32,000 bases of DNA from Nitrosopumilus sp. (GTDB lineage: Archaea > Thermoproteota > Nitrososphaeria > Nitrososphaerales > Nitrosopumilaceae). Under the pieces are notes generated by a model. That model had not been told where the DNA came from and searched no databases. It was given only the letters and a program-made list of their open reading frames with translations. The DNA lies in assembly GCA_965205215.1 (NCBI GenBank), contig OZ242041.1, positions 1,497,664 through 1,529,663 of the forward strand, given 5' to 3'. This document shows, piece after piece, positions 30,509-32,000 of this stretch; the first letter of the stretch is position 1; each line of letters starts with the position of its first letter. A program made the position numbers and the translations under genes.

Positions 30509-30626
30509 CTGCGGCGGCGGCCGGACTGCAGTACGGCGCCCGCGCCAAAAAGGAAGCTGCGTTTGGGATGCAGGTTACAAAGCCTGGACGTCACAGGCGG
30601 CGCTGCCGCCGTAGCCGACTCGTGCC

Positions 30627-32000
30627 CTACGAGACGGTCTCGTTTACGATGCGCTCAATCTCGCCTTTGGACATGGCATCAAGCATCTTTTGCAGTATGC
30701 CGCCAAGCGTGTCGTCGCCTTCCGTGTATCCTACCGACAGCGTGTACTCGTCTGCAATCGTACCTGCTTCTGCCAGGTTCTCGATGCCGTTACTGGCCGC
30801 AATGTATCTTGCAACTTCCCACACGTCCAAAAAGGCATCGGCGCTGCCGTCAGATACCATGGTCAGCGCCGTCTGTGCGGAGTCGGCAGACTCGTACGCC
30901 ACATCGGGCATGTTCTCATCCAGCCAGGTCTCCACGGCATAGCCGTCCACCGTCACCACCTCGTAGTCTGCAAGGTTCTCAGACGTTATGACGTCGGCGT
31001 TCTCCTCAAGCGTGATTATCGAGATCGGTATTGTTATCCACGGCTCCGTAAAGTCCATGTACTCGTCCCTCTCCGCAGTGTTCTCGACTACAAACAGCAC
31101 GTCGGCCGTTCCGTCTTTCATGCGGTCGAGCGCATCGTTCCAGGATTCAATTGCAGGATCCGCCTCCGCGAACTGGGAGCCGGTCATGCCCTCGAGCGCG
31201 TCTGCAATGGCTCCGGACACCCCCGCAAGGCTTCCCTCGTCATCCACGTACTCGTACGGGGGCCATGCAGGGTCATACGCGACCGTTATCACCGGATGAT
31301 CCTCAAGCCAGGCCTGCTCCGCGTCGTCAAACGAGACCTCCGCCACCGGTGGTTCGGATTCCATGTAGTAGCCGGCTGCGAATATGTAGCCGTCGTGCAT
31401 CTCAAGCAGCGTGACCTTTTCGGCGTCCTCGCCGGTCTCGGGGTTCACAAACGTATAGGTCATCCACGTCTGGGCCCCGTCACCCGATAGCTCCTCCATT
31501 ATTTGCTCCGCGTCCTTGTCCGGATCGGTTACTAGATCAAACAGGTATCCCCCGATAATATCCGTGTCCGCGCCGTGCGCCGCGACTACAAGCATGTCGT
31601 CAAGCACGAACGGGTACGATGGATAGTCCGTGCTCATCGCGTCTATGGCCGCAAACGTCGCGTCCATTCCAAGCTCCTTGTACATCTCGACCGCGGTGCC
31701 CACGGACCACATAACCTCCGTCTTCTTGGCATACTCACCAGTCAGATAGAACCCGGCTCCGAATGTGTAGCCGTCATGCATGACAAACCATGCCTTTTTG
31801 GCCTGCTGCTCGCCGGTCTCGGGGTTCAGGAACACGTACTTTCCGAACACCCCCTGTCCCTCGTCAAACGCGCCCTTGGAGTCCCGGATGGCCGCGCTCA
31901 TCTGGTACGGCTCCCAGATCTTCTGGCCTGTCCGGTCGAGTATGGAGCCGTCTGCGACCTCCGTGTTTGCCGAGTCCATTACAAACGGATACCACTCTTT
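30627..32000 (-). CDS. Extracytoplasmic dual Cache-like + type 3 solute-binding (SBP_bac_3-like) protein, partial (N-terminus outside the window)
   Basis: The frame stays open upstream of the first ATG to the window edge (KEWYPFV-MDS...). Two Cache-like modules: YVFLNPETGEQQAKKAWFVMHDGYTFGAGFY and YTFVNPETGEDAEKVTLLEMHDGYIFAAGYY. C-terminal ADVLFVVENTAERDEYMDFTEPW ... ADAFLDVWEVARY is typical of family 3 binding proteins. Confidence 0.72.
   Translation of the reverse strand, partial: KEWYPFVMDSANTEVADGSILDRTGQKIWEPYQMSAAIRDSKGAFDEGQGVFGKYVFLNPETGEQQAKKAWFVMHDGYTFGAGFYLTGEYAKKTEVMWSVGTAVEMYKELGMDATFAAIDAMSTDYPSYPFVLDDMLVVAAHGADTDIIGGYLFDLVTDPDKDAEQIMEELSGDGAQTWMTYTFVNPETGEDAEKVTLLEMHDGYIFAAGYYMESEPPVAEVSFDDAEQAWLEDHPVITVAYDPAWPPYEYVDDEGSLAGVSGAIADALEGMTGSQFAEADPAIESWNDALDRMKDGTADVLFVVENTAERDEYMDFTEPWITIPISIITLEENADVITSENLADYEVVTVDGYAVETWLDENMPDVAYESADSAQTALTMVSDGSADAFLDVWEVARYIAASNGIENLAEAGTIADEYTLSVGYTEGDDTLGGILQKMLDAMSKGEIERIVNETVS

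Noticed and set aside
31351-31362. GGTTCGGATTCC resembling a tRNA T-arm
   Set aside because: It lies inside the well-supported Cache/SBP coding frame, and no acceptor or anticodon stems could be formed around it. No other tRNA-like T-loops were seen in the window.
1-32000. Search for CRISPR arrays, rRNA genes, IS elements with terminal inverted repeats, and integrase genes
   Set aside because: No regularly spaced direct repeats, no rRNA-like conserved stretches, and no recognisable transposase or integrase catalytic motifs were seen. The only mobile-element hint is the weak HTH ORF at 15467-15970.

Overview
High-GC archaeal chromosomal segment with no rRNA, tRNA or CRISPR array visible by eye. 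The gene content points to a thaumarchaeon (Nitrososphaerota), possibly Cenarchaeum-like; that assignment is inference only. Supporting content: a uL3-uL4-uL23-uL2 operon, type II GAPDH, a long eukaryote-like HMG-CoA synthase, an ESCRT-III/CdvB homolog, proteasome alpha, and TATA boxes 24-30 nt upstream of start codons (leaderless layout).

Left to right: ribosomal protein operon (-), CNNM/CorC transporter, GAPDH, a secreted orphan protein, a DsbA-like oxidoreductase, HMG-CoA synthase, then a biotin cluster (bioD / bioA / bioB-bioF). After that come CcdA plus a split DipZ-like thioredoxin, ESCRT-III, DUF371, proteasome alpha plus a SPOUT/DUF171 methyltransferase, threonine synthase, a block of uncharacterised small genes, and a partial dual-Cache + solute-binding protein.

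Most notable items:
(1) A codon-atypical wHTH + minimal nucleotidyltransferase (AbiE-like) module inserted between bioA and bioB.
(2) Two convergent Cys-rich micro-ORFs absent from the ORF track. One carries an exact CCHC zinc-knuckle spacing and is coupled by an ATGA overlap to a 124-aa orphan gene.
(3) An Hjc-type PD-(D/E)XK nuclease with unusual extensions, divergent from a zinc-ribbon protein carrying a homing-endonuclease-associated repeat.
(4) A 5'-truncated propeller-repeat/FN3 surface-protein remnant abutting the bioA promoter, followed by about 0.8 kb of unassigned DNA with inverted C-tract/G-tract elements.
(5) Recurrent G/C-tract elements upstream of promoters, and widespread low-complexity insertions in housekeeping proteins.

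All functional calls rest on motif recognition by eye. No database search or computation was run.
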